From an uncultured Enterobacterales bacterium (GTDB taxonomy: Bacteria > Myxococcota_A > UBA796 > CAZKWG01): DNA of 52,532 nucleotides. Below the pieces are notes generated by a model. The model did no database searches. It saw only the letters and a program-made list of their open reading frames with translations, and was not told where the DNA came from. Shown piece by piece: positions 1 to 8,140 of the stretch (positions within the stretch are counted from its first letter, which is position 1; each line of letters begins with the position of its first letter). Where the stretch lies: NCBI GenBank assembly GCA_964556105.1, contig CAZKWG010000001.1:1-52532 (forward strand), given 5' to 3'. The position numbers and the translations under genes are program-made.

Positions 1-287
1 GGCTGGAGTCCACCACCCAGCGCGACCTGCTGGCGGCCCTGCACGTCGCGCTCTTGGACCAGATCGACGCCATCGCCGCGGAGGCGCCGGAGCGGGTGCG
101 CTGGAGCACCCAGGCGCTGGTGGTGCCCCTGAGCGCGTTGGAGGAGCTGATGGCGCGGGTCCGCGGCCTGCACGACCGCCTCATGACGGCGCCGCTCCAG
201 CCGCAGCCCGACGCGCGAGAGCGCCCTTGGACCGCCCGTCTCTTGACAATCCAGGTTCATCCCGGTACAGGGGTCTTCTACCTCTGA
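1..287 (+). CDS. 3' end of a gene starting upstream of the window; hypothetical protein
   Basis: Frame 3 is open from base 3 (LESTTQRDLLAALHVALLDQID...) to TGA at 285-287. Composition is balanced, unlike the shadow frames. No motif recognised. Confidence 0.5.
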   Translation, partial: LESTTQRDLLAALHVALLDQIDAIAAEAPERVRWSTQALVVPLSALEELMARVRGLHDRLMTAPLQPQPDARERPWTARLLTIQVHPGTGVFYL

Positions 288-302
288 TCTCCCGGAGCCG
301 CC

Positions 303-893
303 ATGCCCACCCCCCCCGCGCTCGCCCGCCTCCTCCTCGTGTGCGGGCTGCTGCTGGGGACGGCCGGAGACGCCACCGCCTGGGTCCACGGCGCCGACCC
401 CGACGAGCTCGTCCGCTTCCCCAGCGGCCGGCCAGGGCTGATCGACATCGCCGACCCCGACGAGCTCGTCCGCTTCCCCGGCGGCCGGCCCGGACTGATC
501 GTCATCGCCGATCCCGACGAGCTGGCCGGGCTCCCGGGCGCGCGCCTCTCCGGGCGCGTCGTCGCGGTGGGCTGGACGGGCAGGGGCCGCAGCCTGGCGC
601 CGCGACCGCTGGCGGAGGCGATCGACCTGGACGCGCTGCAGATCACGGCGCCCGCGGGCGACTGGAGCGATCTGGTGCTGGTGCTGGACGGCCCCGTCAC
701 GGTGCTGGTCTCCACGGAGGACGGCCGCTCCCGCGCGGCGCAGGTCCAGCTCACGACGCTGACCGTCGCGCTCGAGGACCCGGACGCCACGGGTGTGCTC
801 CGGCTCTCGCTGCCCACGCTGACGGGCGAAGAGTCGCCAGACGCGCTGCGGGCCGCCCTCCAGGACGGGCTGCTGCTGGTGCCCGCCCCCTGA
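303..893 (+). CDS. secreted repeat protein, unknown function
   Basis: GGAG lies 5 nt upstream of ATG 303. There is a hydrophobic signal-like N-terminus (ARLLLVCGLLLGTAG). A 19-aa unit ADPDELVRFPxGRPGLIxI occurs as two full copies plus a partial third. No catalytic motif seen. Confidence 0.7.
   Translation: MPTPPALARLLLVCGLLLGTAGDATAWVHGADPDELVRFPSGRPGLIDIADPDELVRFPGGRPGLIVIADPDELAGLPGARLSGRVVAVGWTGRGRSLAPRPLAEAIDLDALQITAPAGDWSDLVLVLDGPVTVLVSTEDGRSRAAQVQLTTLTVALEDPDATGVLRLSLPTLTGEESPDALRAALQDGLLLVPAP
393..530 (+). repeat. in-frame 57-bp tandem repeat (2 full copies plus 1 partial)
   Basis: Copies at 393-449 and 450-506 differ at 4 positions by my count. A third, diverging copy starts at 507. 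They encode the 19-aa unit of CDS 303-893. Confidence 0.85.
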
Positions 894-921
894 GCGGAGG
901 CCCCCCGCGCGCTGGGCGGGC

Positions 922-3201
922 TCAGAGCCCCGTCACCCGCAGGGTCGCCACGACGCCGGTCGCGCCGTCCTCCAGGACGCCCGGCGCCAGCGTCGCCGAC
1001 CAGTCGCCGGGAGGATCGAGCTCTGGCAGCAGCAGTCCGCTGCGGGCGCGCTCGCGCGCCGGGCGCATCGCCGTCACCACGCCGCCGCCGATCAGCCCCA
1101 CCGTGCTGCCCAGCACCGCGCCGCGCGCGACGTCCGCCCCGTCCGGGCTGGCCAGCGCCGCCCCGAGCGCGCCGAGGGTCGCGCCGGTCACGCCGGCGAG
1201 CTGAGGGATCACCGTCCGCCGGGGGTTCAGGTTCAGCGTGGACGCGGGCAGGGCCAGGCCGCCGGCGAGCAGGAAGACGTCGCCGGTGATCAGCGAGGAG
1301 AGGGTCAGCCCCGTGTCGTCCAGATCGGCGTTCAGGGCGACGGGGGTGAGCAGGCCGTACCAGACCCCCCAGGCGGCGGCGGAGCCGAGGAAGAACATGT
1401 CCTCGGCCTCCGGCTCGGCGGAGACGGTCAGCGCGGTGAGCCCGAGGCCCGTGAGCGCGGGGAAGGTGAGCGTCAGGCCGGCCGCGCGCTCGTCCTTCAG
1501 CGCGCCCACGTCGGCGAGCACGTTGGCCATGGCCGCGCCCTGCGCGACGCTCAGGGGGGCGCCGACCCCGAGCATGGCGAGATCGCCGCCGCTCATCGGC
1601 ATCTTGGGCGCCAGCAGCGTGCCGGCCGCCGTGCCGGCGAGGCCCATGGGGATCATCGTGGCCGCCATGACCTGCTCGTCGCCCGCGCCACCCAGCATGG
1701 GCAGGCCCGCGCCGAGCGCGTTGCCCAGGACGGCGCCCCAGCCGGCCATCGCCGCCCGACCGGGGGAGGGCTCGAGGGCGTGGGCGAGGGCGAGGCCGGC
1801 CACGGCGCCTCCGTGCAGGCCGAGGCGGATGTTTCCGTCCGGCTCATCGGACCCGAGCGCCGTGGGCAGCCAGCCGCCCACCCAGCCCAGCTCCGCCGCG
1901 CCCACCGCGCCATATGCCAGCTCACCCGCCTCCGGCGACCAGCCCGGCGCGCTGAGCGCCCCCGCCCCCAGCCCGAGGGCCAGCCCGCCCAGGCCGGCGT
2001 AGTTACGCGCCCGGATGCTGGACGCGTAGGCCGTGCAGTCGATCGTCTCCGTCACGATCTGGCCTCTGCCGTCAACCTCGTACGCACAGTTCTCGATGCC
2101 CCCACCCGTCAGATCGGCGACGCCCAGCCCCAGTTGCAGGCCGAGGTAGGCGCTGAGGTCGACCTCGAGCACGTCGCTCGGAGAGGGGTCGCGCCCCATC
2201 CAGGCGAAGCCGGCGGCGGCGCCGCCCAGGGTGCCGACCAGCCGTGCACCCGCCGAGCGGCTCTGCCTGCGCTGGTTCGCCACCTCATAGAGGCCCGCGG
2301 CCTCATACTCCTCGGAGTAATAGTAGAGCTCCCACTCCTCGCCGTTCCCATTGAACAGGGCCTTCGACGCGTAGAGCGAGCCGATGAAGCCCCAGGTGGA
2401 GCCCGTGGTGTAGGCGAGGCCCTGGCCGAGGGTCGTCTTGCGGGTAGCGCCGTAGAGCGCGCCGGTGCCCACGCCGATGATCCCGCCGCCGATGCCGCCG
2501 ATGACGGCCGCGCCGTCGTTCTGGCCCCAGGTGCCGATAGCGCTGAGCATGACGGCGCCGGTGAGCCCGTTGCCCGCCGAGCCGATGAGGACGCCCAGGG
2601 TGCTGCCCACGTCCTCGGGCTGGCCTCGCTCGACGAGCAGCGCGGGGTAGGAGCGCTCCAGCTCGGCGCGGGCGAGGCGGCGGATCTCATCCGGCAGGGC
2701 CCGGTCGCTGGAGGCCGACCAGAGCGCGTCGGCGCCGGCCTGCGTGCGCACGGCGCCGAGCACGGTGACGGCGGCCTCGCGCACGGCCTGCGCGTAGGTG
2801 GGGGAGCGCAGGGCGGCGTCGGCGACGCGCACCGCGCCCTCGCCAGGGACGCTCACGAAGGCGCCGAGCGCGGCGATCTGGATCTCGGGATCCCGCGCGT
2901 CCACGGCGACCTCGAGCAGGGTGAGCGCGGCAGGATCCCCGCTCTGCGCCAGCGCGCTGGCGGAGCTGACGCGATCCGCCGTCGCCGCGGACGGGCCGAG
3001 CAGGGTCCGGGCCGCCTCGAGCAGGGCGCGGGCGTTGGCCGCCTGGAGCGCGTCGAGGGCGAGGGCGGCGCGCTCGGGCGCCACCGCGGGCGGGAGCTCG
3101 GCGGCAGGCGGCTCCGCGGGTGGAGGCTCGGGCGCTGGGGGCGCAGACTCCTGGGCGCGAGCCGTGAGCGAGAGGAGGAGCAGCATGGCGTTGGAGATCA
3201 T
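922..3201 (-). CDS. secreted/membrane protein with an N-terminal HEAT-like repeat region and a long Gly/Ala-rich glycine-zipper multi-span region
   Basis: GGAGG lies 5 nt upstream of ATG 3201, followed by a signal-like segment MISNAMLLLLSLTARAQE. A Pro/Ala/Glu linker is followed by HEAT-like helices (DPEIQIAALGAF...). About 500 aa of G/A-rich hydrophobic segments follow (GGIGGGIIGVGTGALYGA etc.). Confidence 0.8.
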   Translation of the reverse strand: MISNAMLLLLSLTARAQESAPPAPEPPPAEPPAAELPPAVAPERAALALDALQAANARALLEAARTLLGPSAATADRVSSASALAQSGDPAALTLLEVAVDARDPEIQIAALGAFVSVPGEGAVRVADAALRSPTYAQAVREAAVTVLGAVRTQAGADALWSASSDRALPDEIRRLARAELERSYPALLVERGQPEDVGSTLGVLIGSAGNGLTGAVMLSAIGTWGQNDGAAVIGGIGGGIIGVGTGALYGATRKTTLGQGLAYTTGSTWGFIGSLYASKALFNGNGEEWELYYYSEEYEAAGLYEVANQRRQSRSAGARLVGTLGGAAAGFAWMGRDPSPSDVLEVDLSAYLGLQLGLGVADLTGGGIENCAYEVDGRGQIVTETIDCTAYASSIRARNYAGLGGLALGLGAGALSAPGWSPEAGELAYGAVGAAELGWVGGWLPTALGSDEPDGNIRLGLHGGAVAGLALAHALEPSPGRAAMAGWGAVLGNALGAGLPMLGGAGDEQVMAATMIPMGLAGTAAGTLLAPKMPMSGGDLAMLGVGAPLSVAQGAAMANVLADVGALKDERAAGLTLTFPALTGLGLTALTVSAEPEAEDMFFLGSAAAWGVWYGLLTPVALNADLDDTGLTLSSLITGDVFLLAGGLALPASTLNLNPRRTVIPQLAGVTGATLGALGAALASPDGADVARGAVLGSTVGLIGGGVVTAMRPARERARSGLLLPELDPPGDWSATLAPGVLEDGATGVVATLRVTGL

Positions 3202-3273
3202 CGAGCCTCCGTTCTCAGAGAGGCCCCCAGGAGCGCCGGGTGGGCGATTTCACACGGCGACCTGGGAGTCTGC

Positions 3274-3296
3274 GCCCGATCCATACCGGATCGGGC
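3274..3296 (-). other. 9-bp stem / 5-nt loop hairpin between two minus-strand genes
   Basis: The arm gcccgatcc (3274-3282) pairs perfectly with ggatcgggc (3288-3296). There is no U-tract on the minus-strand transcript, so terminator function is uncertain. Confidence 0.3.
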
Positions 3297-3342
3297 CCGC
3301 ACAGGCGCAGACGTTGCAAGAGCCGTGCCCAGCGCCTCGCGC

Positions 3343-4491
3343 TCACTCCTCGACGCAGGCGTTCTCGGCGCACCCAAAAGACCAGCTCTCGCCGGCCTCG
3401 TAAGAGACGCCGCCCGCCTCGCTGTAGTCGGCGGCGTAGATGTCCTCGGGCGCGTTGTCCCCGAAGTCGCAGTCCACGCCCTCGACCACCGACTCGTAGT
3501 AGACGAAGAGCCCGCCGCCCCGCGCGGCCTGGTTGCCGTCGAAGCTCACCCGCTCCAGCGTGGTGGTCCCGTAGGCCAGCATCCCGCCGCCATCGGCGCC
3601 GCTGTTCACGTTGTCGATGAAGCGCGCGTCCGTCAGCGTCAGCGTGCTGTTGTAGACCCACAGCCCGCCGGCGTAGGTGCGCGCGCGGTTGCCCTGAAAG
3701 GTCACCTCGCTCATGGTCGCCACGCTGTAGAACATCGCCATCGCGCCGCCGTCCAGCGCGACATTGTCCTGAAAGACGAGATCGGTCGCGGTCAGCGTCG
3801 AGAACCAGAGGGTGAGCGCGCCCCCGTCGTCCTCAGACACGTTGTCCAGGAACTGGACACGGCTGAGCGTGACCTCGCAGTCCTCGGTGTACATGCCCGA
3901 GCCGTCGTTGGCCGTGTTGTTGGAGAAGATCACGTCTTGTACGGTCACCGCGCCGAAGCCCTCGCAGTAGAGCCCGCCTCCACCCGAGTTGTGCTCCTCG
4001 TTCAGGCCCGCCCCGCGGTCGAGCGTGAGGTTGCGCACGCTGACGCTGACCTCAGGGCCTGCCACGTCCAGGATCGTCCCGACCTCCCCCGCGGAGAGCA
4101 CCGTGTCCTCCGGCGCGTCCCCGAGCCCGACGACGTCTACGTCCGCGCGCAGCAGCAGCCGCGCGAACCAGGTGCCAGGGCAGACGGAGAGGGTCCCGGG
4201 CGCGTCCAGCGTGACGTAGGTGCCGCTGAGCAGCGGCGCGCTCAGGTCCTCGACCGCGCCGTCCAGGCCCTCGAAGGTCACCGTCGGCTCTGTGCAGAGG
4301 TCTGGCCCACCCGTCTCGCCGGTCTCGCCGGTCTCGCCGGTGTCCGCCGTGTCCTGACCGTCGGTGTCGGCGGTCTCGGCCGTCTCCCCCGTCTCGGCGC
4401 AGCCCTCGACACAGGCGGACTTGTCGCCCCCCTGGCAGGCCCCGAGGAGCAGGCCCAGGCCCGGCCCGAAGGCCCACGCCCGATCATTCAT
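3343..4491 (-). CDS. lipoprotein with right-handed parallel beta-helix repeats
   Basis: Start reset to the internal ATG 4491 (MNDRAWAFGPGLGLLLGAC, lipobox LLGAC). The upstream 83 codons of the track ORF are Arg/Ser/Thr junk and overlap the preceding gene. There is a GETGETGET linker. Roughly 22-25-aa turns recur, rich in N/D/G (VRNLTLDRGAG, FSNNTANDGSG, FLDNVSEDDGGA, FQDNVALDGGA, FIDNVNSGADGGG). Confidence 0.8.
   Translation of the reverse strand: MNDRAWAFGPGLGLLLGACQGGDKSACVEGCAETGETAETADTDGQDTADTGETGETGETGGPDLCTEPTVTFEGLDGAVEDLSAPLLSGTYVTLDAPGTLSVCPGTWFARLLLRADVDVVGLGDAPEDTVLSAGEVGTILDVAGPEVSVSVRNLTLDRGAGLNEEHNSGGGGLYCEGFGAVTVQDVIFSNNTANDGSGMYTEDCEVTLSRVQFLDNVSEDDGGALTLWFSTLTATDLVFQDNVALDGGAMAMFYSVATMSEVTFQGNRARTYAGGLWVYNSTLTLTDARFIDNVNSGADGGGMLAYGTTTLERVSFDGNQAARGGGLFVYYESVVEGVDCDFGDNAPEDIYAADYSEAGGVSYEAGESWSFGCAENACVEE
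4312..4396 (-). repeat. degenerate 9-bp coding repeat (ETG/DTA linker)
   Basis: cgtctcgcc, ggtctcgcc, ggtctcgcc and ggtgtccgc lie at 4312-4347, then decay. They encode ...ETGETAETADTDGQDTADTGETGETGETGG on the minus strand. Confidence 0.7.
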
Positions 4492-6046
4492 CGCAGGTGA
4501 TCTCCTCGATGTACTCGATGCGTACGAGCGATCCGACCGACGGGTAGTGCTCCTCGTCGAAGACGATCTCCATGGCCGTCGCGTCATAGGTCCAGCCTTC
4601 GGTGGTGTCCACGCCGTCGATGGTGACCTCGATGCTCCAGATCGCCGGCTCGTTCGAGAGCAGGAAGGCCTCGCGCGGCACCACCGCGTCGAGGGCGAGC
4701 GCCTCGAAGTAGGACGACCAGTCGGGCTCACAGAAGTCATGGAGCGTGCCGCCGGTCTCGAGCGCCGCGTTGTAGAGCAGCTCGGCGGGCTCGGCCTCCG
4801 AGCAACCGCGCGGGTAGCCGCCCGTGATCGACGACACGACGAGGTCCTCCGGGTCAGACTTGTGCTCCAGATAGGCGTTCACATACACCGTCGCGTTGCC
4901 CGCGCTCTGCTCGACGTCGTTGTTGATGGCGATCAGCGAGAGCTTGGAGTCGGCCCAAAGGGCGGACTCATCGAGGAGCCAGGAGCTGTTCTCGTCCAGG
5001 GCCTTGTCGAAGGTGTCGAGCAGATAGTCGTTGTCCAGGACGTCCCCATCGGCCATCTCCTCGAAGGCGCTCACGGCCTCGTCCACGCTGAAGCTCTCGT
5101 CGATGTAGGGGATGTCCCCATAGACCTCGCCCGTGGTGTTCTCGATGAGCGCGACACGAAATCTCGCTTTCGAGGCCAGCAGCGTCTCGAAGAAGTAGGG
5201 AAGCCCGTTCGCCCACCGCGAGTGGTAGATGTTGACGCTCGCGGTGACGACCTCATTGGCCGCGATGAGGATCGTCCCAGCCTTCTGCTCCTCGACCTCG
5301 TAGGTGTGGGCGTACTGGCCCACGATGTGCCCCTCCCCCTGAACAGGGAGCGCATAGACGGGCGCGCCAGGGTCGTTCGAGGTGATGGAGAGCGTGTCGG
5401 TGAGGACGCCGTCCTCGACGGGAGCGAAGGTGAGCAGGACCGTCTGCGCGTCTCCGGGAGCGATCGTCCAAGGGAGCGCGGGGAGCTCACCGTCCACGCC
5501 GCTGAGCGTGAAGGATTCGCCGGTGCTCAGCCCGACGCTGTCGATGACCAGGTCCTCGGTGCCCGCGTTGCCCAGCGCGAGGGTCGCGGTGTCGGCGCAC
5601 CCGACATCCACGAACCCGAGCTCCGCGCTCGTCACGCTCGGCGAGAGCACAGGCCAGCTCGCCGTCCCCAGCGCGGGGACGACCAGCTCGTCGTAGCCAG
5701 CGCTGGCGCTGAACGCGAGGATCTCGAAGCTGCCCTCGAACGCGCCGGGCTCGAGCGGCGACCAGGTGACCACGAGATCCACGGAGGCGCCGGGCTCCAG
5801 CGCCGAGGGGAGCTGCTCGAGGCTCAGCGTCTCGTCGAGCGGCTCGGCGCCGAGAAGGTCCACCACCTCGTCCCCGGTGTTCTGCAGGCTCACGCCGAGG
5901 CTGGTGGCGCCGCCTACGACGCCGAAGTCCACCCGAGAAGGGGAGACCTCGAGCGACAGGCTGTGCTCGCCGATCTCCTCCAGCGCCGGCGCGGAGCTGT
6001 CCGCGCCCTTCGGTCCCGCGCAAGCGGCGAGCAACAGAAACACCAT
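4484..6046 (-). CDS. lipoprotein with two beta-sandwich (choice-of-anchor-D / ASH-like) modules plus a VWA-like domain with a degenerate MIDAS
   Basis: AGGAGG lies 6 nt upstream of ATG 6046, and the lipobox is MVFLLLAAC. The pattern VDFGVV...LQNTGDEVVDL / LGFVDVG...LGNAGTEDLVI is repeated. The C-terminal half aligns by eye with the VWA lipoprotein at 32214-33236. The stop overlaps the next start by 8 nt. Confidence 0.8.
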   Translation of the reverse strand: MVFLLLAACAGPKGADSSAPALEEIGEHSLSLEVSPSRVDFGVVGGATSLGVSLQNTGDEVVDLLGAEPLDETLSLEQLPSALEPGASVDLVVTWSPLEPGAFEGSFEILAFSASAGYDELVVPALGTASWPVLSPSVTSAELGFVDVGCADTATLALGNAGTEDLVIDSVGLSTGESFTLSGVDGELPALPWTIAPGDAQTVLLTFAPVEDGVLTDTLSITSNDPGAPVYALPVQGEGHIVGQYAHTYEVEEQKAGTILIAANEVVTASVNIYHSRWANGLPYFFETLLASKARFRVALIENTTGEVYGDIPYIDESFSVDEAVSAFEEMADGDVLDNDYLLDTFDKALDENSSWLLDESALWADSKLSLIAINNDVEQSAGNATVYVNAYLEHKSDPEDLVVSSITGGYPRGCSEAEPAELLYNAALETGGTLHDFCEPDWSSYFEALALDAVVPREAFLLSNEPAIWSIEVTIDGVDTTEGWTYDATAMEIVFDEEHYPSVGSLVRIEYIEEITCDE

Positions 6047-6111
6047 CGGACACCTCCTTACAGAGTCACTGTGCCCAAGGATGGGCCCAGGATCAATGCC
6101 AGATAGGGACG

Positions 6112-7110
6112 TCACTCACAGATCTGCATCTCGACGTCGCATGTCTGCCCCTCGGGACACTCGGCGTCGGAGAAACAGGGTGTGTACCCGAGCACGTCCA
6201 CCGCGACGGCGCTGGGCGCGGAGACGATGAAGTCCAGGCAGCCCTCGCCCGCCGCGCCATGATCGGCGGTGCGCCGCTCGATCGTGCCCATCGGGAAACC
6301 AGAGACCCCCTCGCTCAGCAGGGCGGTGATGATGGCTCCGGAGACCGTCCCCTCGCCGTCATCGGCAAAACTGCAGCGGAGCGTGCTGGGCGTGACGCCG
6401 TGCTGATGGATCAGGATCTCCACGACGATCTCCGACCGCGGCGAGGAGACCGTGGGCGCAGGCCAGGAGACGGCCAGATCCGTCGCGTCGGCGACGATCC
6501 ACTGCACGCCGCTCAGGTCGAGCGGCTCGACCCCGACGCCGTAGAGGTCGAGCGGCCCGTAGGTCCCATCCGGCATGGCCAGATGGATCAGCTCGCCACC
6601 CTGGAAGGCCGGGTGAGACATCGCCGTGTCGTAATAGGTGTTCCCCGGAAAGACCGCCTCCATCGTGGATGTCTTCGCGAGGCCCTCCACGGTTACGGTC
6701 CCCAGGTCCTGGTTGGACGGATAGCTCAGACAAGCTCCGGTAAAATCACAGACCTCGCCCGGGTCACAGACCGGATCACAGTAGGGGTTGTTGCGCCGGA
6801 GCAGCGCGCAGTCGCCGTCCGCGCCCAGCTCCTCCAGCACCGTGGCGGGCACCACCCCGTCTGCGACGCTGCCGGCGATGTTCGACTCCCCCTCGCCGCT
6901 CGCCCCCCCGGCGCTGACGGAGACGACGAAGCCCCCGTAGTCCGCGGCCATCGGGCAGGCCCCGGCGAGCGGGACCGTGGCGGGATCGAGGCCAGGGCTG
7001 GTGGTGTCGTCGGGCGGAGCGCTCTCCTCGACCTTCTCGTCCTTCGACGAGCTCGCGCAGCCAGCGGACTGCGACAGCAGGAGGAGCACGGCGAACGGTC
7101 GAAGCGGCAT
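6112..7110 (-). CDS. Cys-containing lipoprotein, unknown function
   Basis: GGAG lies 5 nt upstream of ATG 7110, and the lipobox is LLLSQSAGC. There are several CxxxC-type pairs (CDPVCDPGEVCDFTGAC, CFSDAECPEGQTCDVEMQIC). Confidence 0.8.
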   Translation of the reverse strand: MPLRPFAVLLLLSQSAGCASSSKDEKVEESAPPDDTTSPGLDPATVPLAGACPMAADYGGFVVSVSAGGASGEGESNIAGSVADGVVPATVLEELGADGDCALLRRNNPYCDPVCDPGEVCDFTGACLSYPSNQDLGTVTVEGLAKTSTMEAVFPGNTYYDTAMSHPAFQGGELIHLAMPDGTYGPLDLYGVGVEPLDLSGVQWIVADATDLAVSWPAPTVSSPRSEIVVEILIHQHGVTPSTLRCSFADDGEGTVSGAIITALLSEGVSGFPMGTIERRTADHGAAGEGCLDFIVSAPSAVAVDVLGYTPCFSDAECPEGQTCDVEMQICE

Positions 7111-7299
7111 GGGGGCTCCAAAGGGTCAGCTTCACCGTAGCCGTACACGGCGCGCGCGACGTCAGGATTCTGTGGATACCAGGCCGCGCGCCCCTGACGA
7201 GCGCGCTGAGGACGCGCTCGTCGAAGGGCAGGAGCACGCCTTCGAGGTCGCGCTCCGAGGGCCCATGGTAGACTCTCGCAAAACCTCGGAGGGATCGCG

Positions 7300-8091
7300 A
7301 TGACCTGGAAGATCGGGATGGGCGTGGGGCTGCTGGCCCTGCTGGGCCAGATGGGCTGCGGCGGCAAGGATGAGGGCGACGGAGAGGACCTCGGCAAGCC
7401 GACCGTGCTCATCGCCTCCCCCGAGGACGGCGCGGTCTACAACGAGGGGGAGGTGGTCGAGCTCAAGGTGGAGGCCGTCTATGAAGACGGCTCGGACGCC
7501 TCGATCACCGGCGCGAGCTGGAAGGCCGGCGACTGGACCGGCCAGGGCGCGTCGCTCTCTGTCTCCGACCTGCCCGTGGGCGCGCTGAAGCTCAGCGTCG
7601 AGGCGAAGGTGGACGACAAGGTGCTGGAGAGCAGCGTCAACATCACCATCAACGCCTCGGGCGAGGGTGAAGGCGAAGGCGAGGGAGAGGGCGAAGGCGA
7701 AGGCGAGGGCGAAGGCGAGGCCCCGGTGGACTTCCAGGGCGTGATGCGCTCGGAGATCACCATCGTGGAGTACGATTTCTCCCTGGACTGCCCGGGAGAG
7801 GTGAGCTTCACCATCGCCGGCGGCGCGCTCTCCGGCTCCGGCCTCTGCACCGTCGAGCTGGAGGGCTACGAGAGCAGCGTGACCTTCGACATGGAGGGCA
7901 CCGAGGATCGCGGCGTGCTGGATGGCAACCTGATCATGTACGACGACGGCGGGACCCCGTACTACACGCCGTTCAGCGGCGCGCGCGACGAGGCCGACCA
8001 CGTCACCGCCACCTTCGAGGGCGAGTTCAGCTCCTCGGACGGCACCCTGCGCATCGCGGGCGACTTCATGGCCGATCCGGCTGGCGGCTGA
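7300..8091 (+). CDS. lipoprotein with an Ig-like N-domain, a (Gly-Glu)10 linker and a second beta-rich domain
   Basis: GGAGG lies 7 nt upstream of ATG 7300, and the lipobox is LLGQMGC. The gene sits 49 nt upstream of the TonB-dependent receptor gene. Confidence 0.8.
   Translation: MTWKIGMGVGLLALLGQMGCGGKDEGDGEDLGKPTVLIASPEDGAVYNEGEVVELKVEAVYEDGSDASITGASWKAGDWTGQGASLSVSDLPVGALKLSVEAKVDDKVLESSVNITINASGEGEGEGEGEGEGEGEGEGEAPVDFQGVMRSEITIVEYDFSLDCPGEVSFTIAGGALSGSGLCTVELEGYESSVTFDMEGTEDRGVLDGNLIMYDDGGTPYYTPFSGARDEADHVTATFEGEFSSSDGTLRIAGDFMADPAGG
7659..7718 (+). repeat. hexanucleotide coding repeat, (GGN GAR)x10 = (Gly-Glu)10
   Basis: Ten consecutive GE dipeptide codon pairs, read directly from the sequence. 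Confidence 0.9.
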
Positions 8092-8140
8092 GCCGACGCT
8101 CCCGCTGGCCCGCGCGCCCTCTGGCCGCTAGGAGGGAGGC

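Noticed and set aside
243-271. Perfect TTGACA at 243-248 as the -35 element of a promoter for gene 303-893
   Set aside because: The best -10 candidate at 17-bp spacing is TACAGG, which matches 3 of 6 positions and lacks the invariant final T. The element also lies inside the preceding coding region. It is too weak to call.
1780-4500. 906-aa plus-strand ORF spanning two minus-strand genes
   Set aside because: Its composition is extreme Arg/Ala/Gly/Pro/His with no motifs. It lies antisense to two well-supported genes that have SDs, signal peptides and recognisable domains. It is a typical high-GC shadow ORF.
3343-4740. Longer N-terminal extensions of track ORFs (3343-4740, 4484-6115, 13449, 18826, 24892, 33246-35510, 39577-40917, 41158-43020, 43023, 49364-50794, 50331)
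   Set aside because: In each case the extension is Arg/Ser/Pro-rich and overlaps the neighbouring gene. An internal start has an SD and/or a signal peptide, or matches the canonical family N-terminus.
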